NCBI GenBank assembly: GCA_041664245.1
Contig: JBAYLC010000005.1
Span: 8,695-72,694 of the forward strand
Direction: 5' to 3'
Origin: Minisyncoccota bacterium
GTDB lineage: Bacteria > Patescibacteriota > Minisyncoccia > UBA6257 > 2-01-FULL-56-20
DNA: 64,000 bases
This document shows, in pieces, positions 9,994 to 19,848 of this stretch. Numbering within the stretch: the first letter of the stretch is position 1; the number at the start of each line of letters is the position of its first letter. A program made the position numbers and the translations under genes. Below the pieces are notes generated by a model. That model was given only the letters and a program-made list of their open reading frames with translations, was not told the origin of the DNA and made no database searches.

Positions 9994-10952
9994 TGAAATA
10001 CCGAAAATTAGGCGATACCGGTCTTATCGTTTCGGAAATTGGCTTTGGCGCTTGGGGAATTGGGGGGCTTTCGGCCGGTGCGACTTCATACGGCGAGACG
10101 AATGATGATGAATCTTGTAAGGCTCTCAAGCGCGCCTATGATTTAGGGGTAAATTTTTATGATACCTCAGATTTGTATGGCGCTGGGCACAGTGAGGAAT
10201 TGATTGGCGAAGCGCTAAAGGCAGTCCGTGACAAAGTTATTATTGCGACAAAAGTTGGTTTTCTTGAGCACCGAGGCCAGCAGGATTTTAAAAGAGATTA
10301 CATTAGAAAATCTCTCGTGGAGAGTTTAAAGCGACTAAAAACCGATTACGTCGATCTTTATCAATTGCACAGTCCTGATATAAAAGTTGTTGAAGAAAAT
10401 AATGAGATTTTAGAGACACTCCAAGATTTAAAAAAAGAGGGGAAAATAAGGGTTTTTGGAATTTCTGTTCGGCATCCGGATGATGCTCTTGTCGCAGTAA
10501 AAAAATTAAACATAAAATCCATCCAGGCAAATTTTAATATAATTGATCAGCGTATCATTGAAAACGGTCTTTTTGAACTTGCTAAGGATATGAGCGTTGG
10601 CATCATTGCAAGAACCCCGCTTAATTTTGGATTTTTAAGCGGAAAACTCAATAATACAACCTTTGGCCCCGGCGACCATCGATCGGCTTGGCCCAAGAGC
10701 CAACTTATAAAATGGGCAGAAGCTCCACGTTTGTTTTCTTTCCTATCCAAGGGGAAGCTGACCCCCGTACAGGTGGCGCTTAATTTCTGCCTTAGTTTTG
10801 AGGCGGTTTCCGTTGTTATTCCCGGGATGCTAACAGAAGCGGAGGTGGAAGAAAATGTTATTGTGAGCTCTGCGGAAAAATTTACAAGAGATGAGCTCAT
10901 GCGGGCTAGAAAAGTATATAATGAAAATGATTTTTTTGAGAGGAATAAATAA
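9993..10952 (+). CDS. Aldo/keto reductase
   Basis: SEIGFGAW, FYDTSDLYG, IATKVG, DYVDLYQLH; TAATG coupling to the SDR. Confidence 0.9.
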   Translation: MKYRKLGDTGLIVSEIGFGAWGIGGLSAGATSYGETNDDESCKALKRAYDLGVNFYDTSDLYGAGHSEELIGEALKAVRDKVIIATKVGFLEHRGQQDFKRDYIRKSLVESLKRLKTDYVDLYQLHSPDIKVVEENNEILETLQDLKKEGKIRVFGISVRHPDDALVAVKKLNIKSIQANFNIIDQRIIENGLFELAKDMSVGIIARTPLNFGFLSGKLNNTTFGPGDHRSAWPKSQLIKWAEAPRLFSFLSKGKLTPVQVALNFCLSFEAVSVVIPGMLTEAEVEENVIVSSAEKFTRDELMRARKVYNENDFFERNK

Positions 10953-11149
10953 TTTTTCCGGAAATTTTTAAATTAATGAATACTCAAATGATTTCTAGAT
11001 TCTCCTCGTTTGTGGGTGATTTTTGTTAGGTGGAAGATTTTTAAGCAGAATAGTAATATTTAATATCTTTATTCGTTGCTGTTTGTTTTTTAAAAGAGTT
11101 TTACGAGGCATTGATTTGTTTGCTTCACCGCCAAGGTCTGTCTAATATT

Positions 11150-11179
11150 TTGACAACGCCAAAACCGAAGCGGTATACT
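11150..11179 (+). promoter_or_regulatory. Sigma70 promoter
   Basis: TTGACA-18 bp-TATACT upstream of the ColD-like gene. Confidence 0.5.
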
Positions 11180-11257
11180 CATTTTGTAATTTATAATCTA
11201 GCCCTCTTAAGTTATACTCAAAAAGTTTTTTCTTAAAATAAATATAAATACAGTGAA

Positions 11258-12436
11258 ATGTTAGAAAAAAAAATAAAATATTTTCTCGCCGAAGACACAA
11301 TTGATCATAAGGACATAGATGCGCTTATCGAGTGGCTTAAGACTTATCCGCGCCTTACAAAAGATAAACTTACTATTGAGTTCGAAGGAAAATGGAATAA
11401 TTGGTTGGGAAGGAAATATTCCGTATTTAATAATTCCGGTTCTTCTGCAAACTTACTCATGTATTATGCGCTTCTTCTGTCCGGAAGATTAAAAAATAAG
11501 AAAATCATCGTGCCTAGCGTAGGGTGGGTTACAACTATCGCTCCCGCAATCCAATTCGGATTTGAGCCGATTATGTGTGAGGCAGATAAAAAAACATTTG
11601 GACTCGACTTAGAGCATTTAGAAAAACTTTTAATTGAGCACCGGCCGAGTACGGTTATTTTTGTGCAAGTTTTAGGTGTCCCGAATAAAATGGAAGAACT
11701 ATTAGCGCTTAAAGAAAAATACGGATTCACATTGCTTGAAGATGCTTGTGCGGCAATGGGATCAACTTATCAGGGCAAAAACGTAGGCACATTCGGAGAC
11801 ATGGCAAGTTTCTCGTTCTACTTTGGCCATCAGATCTCAACAATCGAGGGTGGCATGGTCTCTACCGATGATAAAGAGCTAAACGATCTACTCTTAATGC
11901 TTCGGAGTCATGGTTGGGATAAGGATTTAGACAATGAGACAAGGGCTGGTTTGCGCTCAAAATACAACATAGATGATTTTCATTCCCCATTTGTTTTTTA
12001 CGAACCCGGATTTAATCTGCGATCAACTGATCTCAATGCCTTTCTAGGAATTCGCCAAGTGGACAAAATGGAGTGGTTAGTGAGGCGCAGAAATGAAAAC
12101 CACCTACTCTACAAAAAAATTCTTAGAGACAGATTTTATTTTCAGGAATATGATTCAGATTCCACAATTTGTAGTATCCATTTTGGTATGCTTGCAAAAG
12201 ATACCGAGGAGAGAAGGAAAATAGTAAGCGCCTTAGAGCAAGAAGGTGTAGAAACGCGTATTTTTTCGGCTGGTAATCTTGGACTCCATCCATTTTGGGC
12301 AAACCGGTATGGCGTGGCTTCTTTCCCGATGGCCGACCGCATCCACCACACCGGACTTTTTCTACCAAACAATCCTTCTCTAAAAATTGAAGATATAGAA
12401 TTTATATCGAAAACAGTTTTGCAAAGCGTTCCATAA
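11258..12436 (+). CDS. DegT/DnrJ-fold PLP/PMP enzyme, ColD/RfbH-type NDP-4-keto-6-deoxysugar 3-dehydratase
   Basis: NSGSSANL, LEDACAA, FSFYFGHQISTIEGG with His at the Schiff-base Lys position, LRSHGW, GFNLRSTD. Confidence 0.8.
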   Translation: MLEKKIKYFLAEDTIDHKDIDALIEWLKTYPRLTKDKLTIEFEGKWNNWLGRKYSVFNNSGSSANLLMYYALLLSGRLKNKKIIVPSVGWVTTIAPAIQFGFEPIMCEADKKTFGLDLEHLEKLLIEHRPSTVIFVQVLGVPNKMEELLALKEKYGFTLLEDACAAMGSTYQGKNVGTFGDMASFSFYFGHQISTIEGGMVSTDDKELNDLLLMLRSHGWDKDLDNETRAGLRSKYNIDDFHSPFVFYEPGFNLRSTDLNAFLGIRQVDKMEWLVRRRNENHLLYKKILRDRFYFQEYDSDSTICSIHFGMLAKDTEERRKIVSALEQEGVETRIFSAGNLGLHPFWANRYGVASFPMADRIHHTGLFLPNNPSLKIEDIEFISKTVLQSVP

Positions 12437-12683
12437 AAGAAATTTTTAAAAAAGAGATTGAAATTTTTATCACTAGCCACTCTAATCCTTTCTGTGGCTA
12501 TTTTACTGAAGATAAAAATCTCGTACTTATTTTTAAAAAATCATCACTTATCTTGCATTTTTTTCGGTCTTAGTGCAAAATATGTTTGTTAAGTTTTAAG
12601 TACGCCCGGGGTTTTGTGTGTTATCTATGGCTTTTAAGATCACATCATTATTCGTCGAACTGATTCTAAGGGAGTAGTTTTTC

Positions 12684-13292
12684 ATGACCAAACAAGAACT
12701 TATCGAGTTCGAAAACGAAATTGCCGACATCTACTGCGCCGGAAAAATTCTAGCGCCGATTCATTTATCTGATGGTAATGAAGATGTTCTAATAAATATA
12801 TTCAAAGACATTAAGGAAGACGACTGGGTATTTTCTACGTGGCGCAGCCACTATCACGCTTTGCTTCATGGTGTGCCGCGAGAAAAAGTAAAAAATGAAA
12901 TTATTAAAGGAAATAGTATCACATTAAGTTTTCCTGAGCATCGATTTTTTACGTCGGCAATCGTTGGGGGAATCGTGCCTATCGCCATGGGTGTCGCGCT
13001 TGGCCTCGAGATGAAAAAAGAAAAGCACCATGTTTGGTGTTTTGTAGGGGATATGACCGCCGAAACCGGCGGGTTTTATGAGTCCGTAAAATACGCCAAC
13101 AATCACAAATTACCCGTTACTTTTATAGTGGAAGATAATGAGGAGAGTGTGGGAACGCCTACGAGATCTGTTTGGGGATACGGGCCTAATCAAAAATCTG
13201 ATTACCTCCTGTACCCGCACGATAATATGATCTATTACCATTATAAAAAGAAGTATCCGCATGTCGGTGCGGGGAAGTGGGTTACCTTTTAG
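12684..13292 (+). CDS. ThDP-dependent enzyme, compact E1-alpha-like subunit
   Basis: HLSDGNE, STWRSHYH, SAIVGG, ThDP motif GDMTAETG...VEDN. Confidence 0.85.
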   Translation: MTKQELIEFENEIADIYCAGKILAPIHLSDGNEDVLINIFKDIKEDDWVFSTWRSHYHALLHGVPREKVKNEIIKGNSITLSFPEHRFFTSAIVGGIVPIAMGVALGLEMKKEKHHVWCFVGDMTAETGGFYESVKYANNHKLPVTFIVEDNEESVGTPTRSVWGYGPNQKSDYLLYPHDNMIYYHYKKKYPHVGAGKWVTF

Positions 13293-13305
13293 TAATTACA
13301 CAGCT

Positions 13306-13842
13306 ATGCGCTACTTAGAAGAAATTAAGCGGGCAATGGTGCTTCTTGCCGAGGATGATCGCACGGTATTTGTTGGGCAGAGCGTGGCTTATCCCGGAAA
13401 CGCAATTTTTAATTCTCTCAAAGATATTCCTACTACAAAGAAAATAGAGTTACCTGTTTTCGAGGAAACTCAAATGGGGTTATCGATAGGGCTTGCGCTT
13501 AATGGTTTTATCCCTGTTAGTATCTTTCCGCGTTTTAATTTTCTCCTTTTAGCTATGAACCAACTCGTAAATCACTTGGATAAAATTTCACATATTTCGC
13601 ATGGAGAATTACAACCAAAGGTTATTATCAAAGTAATGGTAGGGAGTGTCCACCCATTTGATCCCGGAATTCAACACAAAAGTAATTTTACTGAAGCTCT
13701 CCGTAAGCTTGTCGATTCCGTTATTGTCGAAGATCTTACGGAGCCAGAACTGATTTTCCCCGCCTACGAACGCGCACTCTCGCGGAACGATGGCAAGTCG
13801 ACTATTCTTGTCGAATACGGAGATTATTATAACGAAAAATAA
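13306..13842 (+). CDS. ThDP-dependent enzyme, E1-beta-like pyrimidine-binding subunit (no C-terminal domain)
   Basis: VFVGQSV, ELPVFEETQMGLSIGLAL, AMNQLVNH, GIQH; ATG 13306. Confidence 0.8.
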   Translation: MRYLEEIKRAMVLLAEDDRTVFVGQSVAYPGNAIFNSLKDIPTTKKIELPVFEETQMGLSIGLALNGFIPVSIFPRFNFLLLAMNQLVNHLDKISHISHGELQPKVIIKVMVGSVHPFDPGIQHKSNFTEALRKLVDSVIVEDLTEPELIFPAYERALSRNDGKSTILVEYGDYYNEK

Positions 13843-13851
13843 ATTATTTTC

Positions 13852-14850
13852 ATGATTATTTCCCGAACACCTTTTCGTATATCCTTTTTCGGAGGGGGCA
13901 CCGATTATCCCGCTTGGTATAAGGAAAATGGTGGCGCCGTTCTTTCGGCATCGATCGATAAATATTGTTACCTTACGTGTCGGTATCTACCTCCATTTTT
14001 TGAGCATAAGACAAGAGTTGTTTGGTCTAAAATTGAAACGGTGGCGCAAACAGAAGAGATTCAACATCCGGCCATCCGGGAGACCATAAAATTTTTAGGA
14101 ATCCAAGATGGCTTACAAATCCATCATGACGCAGATCTTCCCGCACGCTCCGGGATTGGTTCGAGCTCATCCTTTACAGTAGGGCTTTTGAACTCTCTCT
14201 ATACTCTCCTAGGGAAAAGTCCTACCAAAACACAACTTGCGCTCGAAGCGATTCATGTAGAACAAGAACTCGTAAAAGAAAATGTGGGCTCCCAAGATCA
14301 GTCCGCCGCCGCGTTTGGGGGATTTAACAAGATTGAATTTGGTGGTCCTGATCATATTCGCGTGACGCCTATCGGCATATCACAGGCCGATCTCGACGCA
14401 TTACAGAGCCATCTAATGCTTTTTTTTACAGGATTTGCAAGAAATGCCTCAGAGATTGCGGCAGAGCAGATTCGGTTAACCTCGCAGAAAGCAAAAGAGC
14501 TCAAAATAATGTATAGCATGGTAAATACGGCAGAAGAATTACTCGAAAAGAGGGATTTCGACGGTTTTGGAAAACTTCTCCACGAAAATTGGAAGATCAA
14601 AAGGACGCTTTCGTCACAAATCAGCAATAATGCTATTGATGAAATTTATGAATTAGGTAAATCCGCTGGAGCTTTGGGTGGAAAGCTTTTAGGAGCCGGA
14701 GCGGGTGGATTTATACTTTTTTTTGTGAAGCCGGAACATCAGGAAAGGGTAAAAGCGGCGCTTAGTAAGTTGTTGTATGTGCCGATAAAATTTGAAAAAG
14801 AGGGAAGCCAAATTATCTTTAATAATGGCGCGAAAACTTATACTTCCTAA
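13852..14850 (+). CDS. hddA: GHMP-family heptose-7-phosphate 1-kinase (HddA-like), copy 1
   Basis: RTPFRISFFGGGTD, PARSGIGSSS, VGSQDQ, KLLGAGAGG. Confidence 0.85.
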   Translation: MIISRTPFRISFFGGGTDYPAWYKENGGAVLSASIDKYCYLTCRYLPPFFEHKTRVVWSKIETVAQTEEIQHPAIRETIKFLGIQDGLQIHHDADLPARSGIGSSSSFTVGLLNSLYTLLGKSPTKTQLALEAIHVEQELVKENVGSQDQSAAAFGGFNKIEFGGPDHIRVTPIGISQADLDALQSHLMLFFTGFARNASEIAAEQIRLTSQKAKELKIMYSMVNTAEELLEKRDFDGFGKLLHENWKIKRTLSSQISNNAIDEIYELGKSAGALGGKLLGAGAGGFILFFVKPEHQERVKAALSKLLYVPIKFEKEGSQIIFNNGAKTYTS

Positions 14851-15568
14851 TAAAATTAAGTATAAAACCAAGGAATCCGCTAATCCTCCAGAGATTGACG
14901 TAGTAATTTTAGCCGGTGGATTGGGAAAACGGTTACGTCGTGCAATCTCCGGTAAGCCTAAGGTGCTCGCAGAGGTGGCTGGGCGGCCGTTTCTCGATAT
15001 ATTAATTAACCATTTATTAACTGCCGGTTTTTATCGGGTTATTTTAAGTATTGGATATTTAAAAGATCAGATCAAAGATCGCTACAAAGGGAAGGGAATT
15101 ATTTTTGCCGAGGAAGAAGATCCTTTGGGAACTGGCGGAGGAATAAAAAATGCCCAACAGTTTATAAAGAGTGAAAATTTTTTTGTTATGAATGGAGATT
15201 CTTGGATATCAGATGGAATAGACATGCGCGCAATTCACGATTTTCATAAAAATAAAAAAGCGTTAATCACTATGGTGCTCTCTCGGCCCAGAGAGGAGAA
15301 GGATTACGGCGCAGTATTCTTGGGTGAAGATAATCGGATCAGCCGTTTTAATGAAAAATCAAAAGAGGAGAATGGCCATTTCTTAAATGCCGGCATCTAT
15401 ATCATGAATAAAAAAGTTTTATCTAAAATGAAAACAACTCCCTTCTCCCTTGAGGTTGATTTTTTTCCAGGATTAATTGGCGGAGCTTTTTATGGCTTCC
15501 CTATAAACGGAGAAGTAATTGATATTGGAACACCCGAAAGATATAAAGCTGCCCAGCAGAAATTTTAA
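14825..15568 (+). CDS. hddC: Sugar-1-phosphate guanylyltransferase (HddC-like)
   Basis: ILAGGLGKRLR, PKVLA, PLGTGG, NGDS, NAGIY, DIGTPE; follows hddA. Confidence 0.75.
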   Translation: MARKLILPNKIKYKTKESANPPEIDVVILAGGLGKRLRRAISGKPKVLAEVAGRPFLDILINHLLTAGFYRVILSIGYLKDQIKDRYKGKGIIFAEEEDPLGTGGGIKNAQQFIKSENFFVMNGDSWISDGIDMRAIHDFHKNKKALITMVLSRPREEKDYGAVFLGEDNRISRFNEKSKEENGHFLNAGIYIMNKKVLSKMKTTPFSLEVDFFPGLIGGAFYGFPINGEVIDIGTPERYKAAQQKF

Positions 15569-15678
15569 AGCTAATCATGATACTCATCTTCTCCGTAAAA
15601 ATTGTTTTTATATAATAGTCAATAATCTAATCAAAGGGTGTGCGCCCCGTGATTCGAAAATCCACAAATAGTAATAGA

Positions 15679-16890
15679 ATGAAAATAGCTATTATATGTT
15701 TTAACCTCTTTACCGCCGGTGGAGCGCGTCTTGTTTTTAATCTCGCGCAGTCGTTGGGCGCACAAGGCGAAAAAGTTATAATCTACACCCCAAAATTTGA
15801 AGGCACAGATTTTCCTGATCTAGCAGAGGGACTCGAAATAAAAGTAGTTGAAAAAGAAATTAATTTTTTTAAAAGTAATAAGCCAAGAAATATTTTTGAT
15901 TGGATATGGAAAAAAATAAAACATGAGAGAGAATTTATAAAAACCTCTCGTGCAATTGCGGAACTCATGGACGCTGATTTTGATGCAGTGAACGTGCATG
16001 ATAGCTCATACCGTGTGGGGTATTACTACAAAAGAAAAAATCCGAACGCTAAAATCATTTGGACCGTAAACGGAGAGCCATTTCAATACCTTTCCCGCAA
16101 AAAATTAATGCGCGACATTTTGGGATATTGCTATCAATTCTTAAAGCGCCTTACGAGTTATAAGTTTTTGAATGCAATTGATGGGGCCGTTGTTTTGGCC
16201 AATGGAGATAGAGAATGGTTTAAAGGATCCCCGATAAGGAATGTATCGGTAGTAAGGGCCGGTCTTGATTTCAAGAAGTTTTATGCCCCCGTTAAGGATT
16301 TTCAGGAAAAGGCCAGAAAAAAATACGTAAAACTTATGGCGCTGGGCGCATTAAATGTTTTTCGGCGTTATGAAGACGTCATCCAAGCCGTAAAATATTT
16401 ACGCGAGTGGAATTACGACGCCAGCTCAGTAATTTTTGCCGCCAACGTTTGGAATGAAAACAAATATCAAGCGGACCTCCTCGAACTTATTAGAGAAAAT
16501 AATCTTGAAAAATTTGTAGAGATGCGTTTTAGTGGCGTTTCTGAAAAAGAGCTTGCGGGACTCTACCAAGATTCCGATATTTTCATCCAGGCAGTCTATG
16601 TCCCTCCGCCGGGACATCACGGCTGGGGACTCGTGAATTTCGAAGCTATGGCTGCAGGGCTGCCAGTTATTTTATGCAGAGCCTCAACCGCAACTGAAGT
16701 CCTTATTGACGGCGTGAGCGCCTTCTTTGTTGATCCTCTCTCACCGCGACAAATTGCCGAGAAAGTAAAACTGTGCATTGATCACCCGGATATATATGCT
16801 AAAGTTGCCAAATCCGGTCAGGATGTTGCTCAGAGTATGACGTGGGAAAAATATTCCAAGGAAATATTAATACTTCTCAAAAAAGCGTAA
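15679..16890 (+). CDS. GT4-family glycosyltransferase
   Basis: GGARLV N-terminus, WGLVNFEAMAAGLPVI; ATG 15679. Confidence 0.85.
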   Translation: MKIAIICFNLFTAGGARLVFNLAQSLGAQGEKVIIYTPKFEGTDFPDLAEGLEIKVVEKEINFFKSNKPRNIFDWIWKKIKHEREFIKTSRAIAELMDADFDAVNVHDSSYRVGYYYKRKNPNAKIIWTVNGEPFQYLSRKKLMRDILGYCYQFLKRLTSYKFLNAIDGAVVLANGDREWFKGSPIRNVSVVRAGLDFKKFYAPVKDFQEKARKKYVKLMALGALNVFRRYEDVIQAVKYLREWNYDASSVIFAANVWNENKYQADLLELIRENNLEKFVEMRFSGVSEKELAGLYQDSDIFIQAVYVPPPGHHGWGLVNFEAMAAGLPVILCRASTATEVLIDGVSAFFVDPLSPRQIAEKVKLCIDHPDIYAKVAKSGQDVAQSMTWEKYSKEILILLKKA

Positions 16891-17036
16891 CGTTATTATA
16901 TTATTTTTTTCCTCTTTAAAATTGTATCAATAAAACATAGAATGGAGCGCATGCGAAATTATTTAGTTTAATTTGAATTAGAATCAAAGAATATTGCGAA
17001 GTGGAATGTGGTTGATATACAATAGAAATAAAAAAG

Positions 17037-17846
17037 ATGAGATCAAAAGTAGAGTTAGAAAAACGGATTGCCCTTATCACGGGCGGAAGTAACGGAATAG
17101 GGAAGGCAATCGCTGTGGCACTCGCCCGCGAAGGCGCTGATATTATTTTATGCGCCCTAGACTCGAAATCTCTGAGGGAAGCACAGGTAGAAATCGAAAA
17201 ACTTGGCGTGAAAGTTTGGAGTATGGCTTTCGACGCAACCGATCCTACTCAAGTAAAAAAATTTTTCTCAGATATTATCGCGAAGATCGGCCAGCTCGAT
17301 ATTCTTGTAAATAACGTCGGCGGTGTTCGCGATCACGCCACATTTAAGGAATTGGATGATAAACAATGGATTGATTCCTGGAAGCTTAACTTTATGACAA
17401 TGGTATATTTTACGCGTGAGGCATTGCCTTTACTCGAGAAATCAGAGCACGCGCGAATTATTAATATTTCAAGTAGTGCTGGTAAGCAGCCTGGAGGATT
17501 TAACCCCCACTATGGAGCGGCAAAAACCGCCGTTAATTCCTTAAGTAAGTATTTGGCGAATCAGCTCGCTCCCCAAAAAATTTTAGTAAATACCATAACT
17601 CCAAGCACAGTGAATGGCGGTTTATGGCATCCCCATATAGAGGATAAAGCGCGGCGTTCCGGAGTTTCCATCGCAGAAGCAACTAGGTTAATGGAAGAAG
17701 AGGTGATTAAGAAAACCCCGCTTGGGCAAGTTGGCACACCAGAAGATGTTGCCGAACTCGTTGCGTTTCTTGCTTCTGATAGAGCTAAGTTTATAACGGG
17801 AACCTGCATCGCCGTTGATGGTGGGCTTATAAAGTCTATTTTCTAA
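17037..17846 (+). CDS. Short-chain dehydrogenase/reductase (paralog B)
   Basis: TGGSNGIG, NNVGG, YGAAK; closely similar to 9190-9993. Confidence 0.9.
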   Translation: MRSKVELEKRIALITGGSNGIGKAIAVALAREGADIILCALDSKSLREAQVEIEKLGVKVWSMAFDATDPTQVKKFFSDIIAKIGQLDILVNNVGGVRDHATFKELDDKQWIDSWKLNFMTMVYFTREALPLLEKSEHARIINISSSAGKQPGGFNPHYGAAKTAVNSLSKYLANQLAPQKILVNTITPSTVNGGLWHPHIEDKARRSGVSIAEATRLMEEEVIKKTPLGQVGTPEDVAELVAFLASDRAKFITGTCIAVDGGLIKSIF

Positions 17847-17867
17847 TCTGGGTAAGCCTGAATTCGG

Positions 17868-19118
17868 TTATTTACTTATAATTTTAACCTCTGGAAGTGG
17901 GATTATGAATTTTGATCTTAAACCTTTCTTTCGAAGCTTCTTAATGATTGTATCCGCAATATGCCAGGAGAAAAGCAATACGTAATCTGGCTGATCTATG
18001 AAAAGTTGTTTTTCGTCAATGATTGGTATGTGCGTACCCGGTGAGTGAAGGCCGAGCTTCAGTGAACTGGATTGTTCAGCGAGGTAGGGAATAAGCAAGG
18101 AATCAATATGGCAGTAATTAAGAATGGGACTCGAGCGGCCCGGGCTTCCAACGCCCGCAATAGTCTTTTCTTTTAGTTTTAGTTCGGAGAGAAATTTCAC
18201 TAATTTTAACCGCGAAGTTTCGATTCTCTTTTTAAAATTAATATAGGTCGGTTGCTTGTAGAGCCCGGCTTTTTCTTCCGCCTGAATAAGCGAGGCGATG
18301 TGAGGGGATTGAGAAAGATTTTTTCCTTTCGTGGCAAAAACCCGAATTGATCCTCCAGATGAGGAGATACGTTCAGCATCCGTGAGGGTGAAGCCGAATT
18401 TTTCGAAAAGAAGCGAAAGTGGCTTCAGTGAATAAAAACGAAGATGTTCATGATACATTGTGTCATATTGCACTTTTTGAATCGTGTCTAAAAGATATTG
18501 TGATTCGGATATAAACACTCCGCCTGGTTTAAGTAGGGTATAAACCCCTTCCACGAAAGAGCTGAGATTATTAATGTGGGCAAAAACGTTTGTTGCGATA
18601 ACAAGCGAGGCGGTGCCGTGTTTTTTCACGATCTGCTTAGCGATCTCCTTCGTAAAGAAATCATTTATAGTCGGTATCCCTTGTTTTATTGCTATTCGCG
18701 CTACGTCCGTTGGCTCGATTCCTAAAACCCGCATCCCCTTTTCCTTGAAAGGTTGGAGCGCAGTGCCGTCGTTTGATCCAATATCCACAATAAGTGATCC
18801 TTTCGGTAGTTTTAATCGTGCCACGGTTGCCTCCGCAAGCTCTTTAAAATTATCAACAAGCATTTGTGTGATCCCTGTTCGATATGGATATTTTTTATGG
18901 AAAACCACTTGTGGCGGCGGAATAAAATCTAATTGAACCAATCCGCACTTAACACACCGTACCACGTTAATCGGGTAGTGAATTTCCTCTTCTTTTATCT
19001 CTTTAGCATTGAGTAAAACATCGCAGGGTGGTTGATGGTCCAAATTTACAATATCGATTAGCTCTTTAGAGCCGCAAATCTGGCAGGTCGTTAACTTTCC
19101 CAATGGGTTTTTATTCAT
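17868..19118 (-). CDS. NDP-sugar C-methyltransferase (TcaB9/EryBIII-like, Zn-binding)
   Basis: CQIC...CVKC Zn site, DIGSNDG, TNVFAHI, YHEHLRFYS, GGSIRV; ATG 19118. Confidence 0.85.
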   Translation of the reverse strand: MNKNPLGKLTTCQICGSKELIDIVNLDHQPPCDVLLNAKEIKEEEIHYPINVVRCVKCGLVQLDFIPPPQVVFHKKYPYRTGITQMLVDNFKELAEATVARLKLPKGSLIVDIGSNDGTALQPFKEKGMRVLGIEPTDVARIAIKQGIPTINDFFTKEIAKQIVKKHGTASLVIATNVFAHINNLSSFVEGVYTLLKPGGVFISESQYLLDTIQKVQYDTMYHEHLRFYSLKPLSLLFEKFGFTLTDAERISSSGGSIRVFATKGKNLSQSPHIASLIQAEEKAGLYKQPTYINFKKRIETSRLKLVKFLSELKLKEKTIAGVGSPGRSSPILNYCHIDSLLIPYLAEQSSSLKLGLHSPGTHIPIIDEKQLFIDQPDYVLLFSWHIADTIIKKLRKKGLRSKFIIPLPEVKIISK

Positions 19119-19233
19119 TTTTTTAATTTCCTTTATATTCCGCAATTATAAACAAAGCGAATCTCTTTTACAAATTTACACCGCGACTCAAGTGTTGTCT
19201 GAGGTTGATTTTAAATGTACAATAATACCCGCA

Positions 19234-19800
19234 ATGATTTCTATGGATAGTATTGAAAAAGCGTTTGAGCAGCACGGCGAAATAGTGCGAAAAACCGCGG
19301 AAAGCATGGCGGCTGATATAAAAAAAGGCGCCTCAATACTAGAGCAGGCGGTAAAAAACGGTCATTGTGTCTTTATGTGTGGTAATGGGGGTTCGGCGGC
19401 GGATGCCCAGCACTTTGCGGCGGAATTTGTTTGCAAATATAAAAACGACCGGCGCCCCTTCTCGGCGGTAGCTCTTACTGTAGATACTTCTGCGCTAACC
19501 GCGATTGGTAACGATTTTGGCTTTGAGAACGTTTTTAGCCGCCAAATCGAGGCACTCGGTAGGAAAGAAGATGTACTCATTGCAATCACAACAAGCGGAA
19601 TTTCAAAAAATATTTTAAATGCCATCGTTAAAGCAAGGAAGTTAGGACTAACCGTTATAGCGCTTACTGGCGCCCGCGGGAAAAATATGGACGCTGATCT
19701 TGTTATTGCGATACCATCCGAAGAAACTGCGCGCATTCAAGAAATGCATGAACTGATCTATCACTCATGGTGTGAATATATTGAGTCAAAAATTATTTGA
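19234..19800 (+). CDS. gmhA: Phosphoheptose isomerase
   Basis: CGNGGSAADAQHFAAE, LTAIGND, FSRQIEA, TTSG, TARIQEMH. Confidence 0.92.
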   Translation: MISMDSIEKAFEQHGEIVRKTAESMAADIKKGASILEQAVKNGHCVFMCGNGGSAADAQHFAAEFVCKYKNDRRPFSAVALTVDTSALTAIGNDFGFENVFSRQIEALGRKEDVLIAITTSGISKNILNAIVKARKLGLTVIALTGARGKNMDADLVIAIPSEETARIQEMHELIYHSWCEYIESKII

Positions 19801-19848
19801 TATGCGGCGCGTTGAGAGGCGGGTTCAAACGAACCGTAATAATTTTCC

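Noticed and set aside
12684-13842. Pyruvate dehydrogenase complex
   Set aside because: The subunits are too short, E2/E3 are absent, and the genes are embedded among sugar genes.
13852-19800. LPS core ADP-heptose pathway
   Set aside because: GHMP kinase plus HddC indicates the GDP route; no HldE/HldD, heptosyltransferase or lipid A genes in the window.
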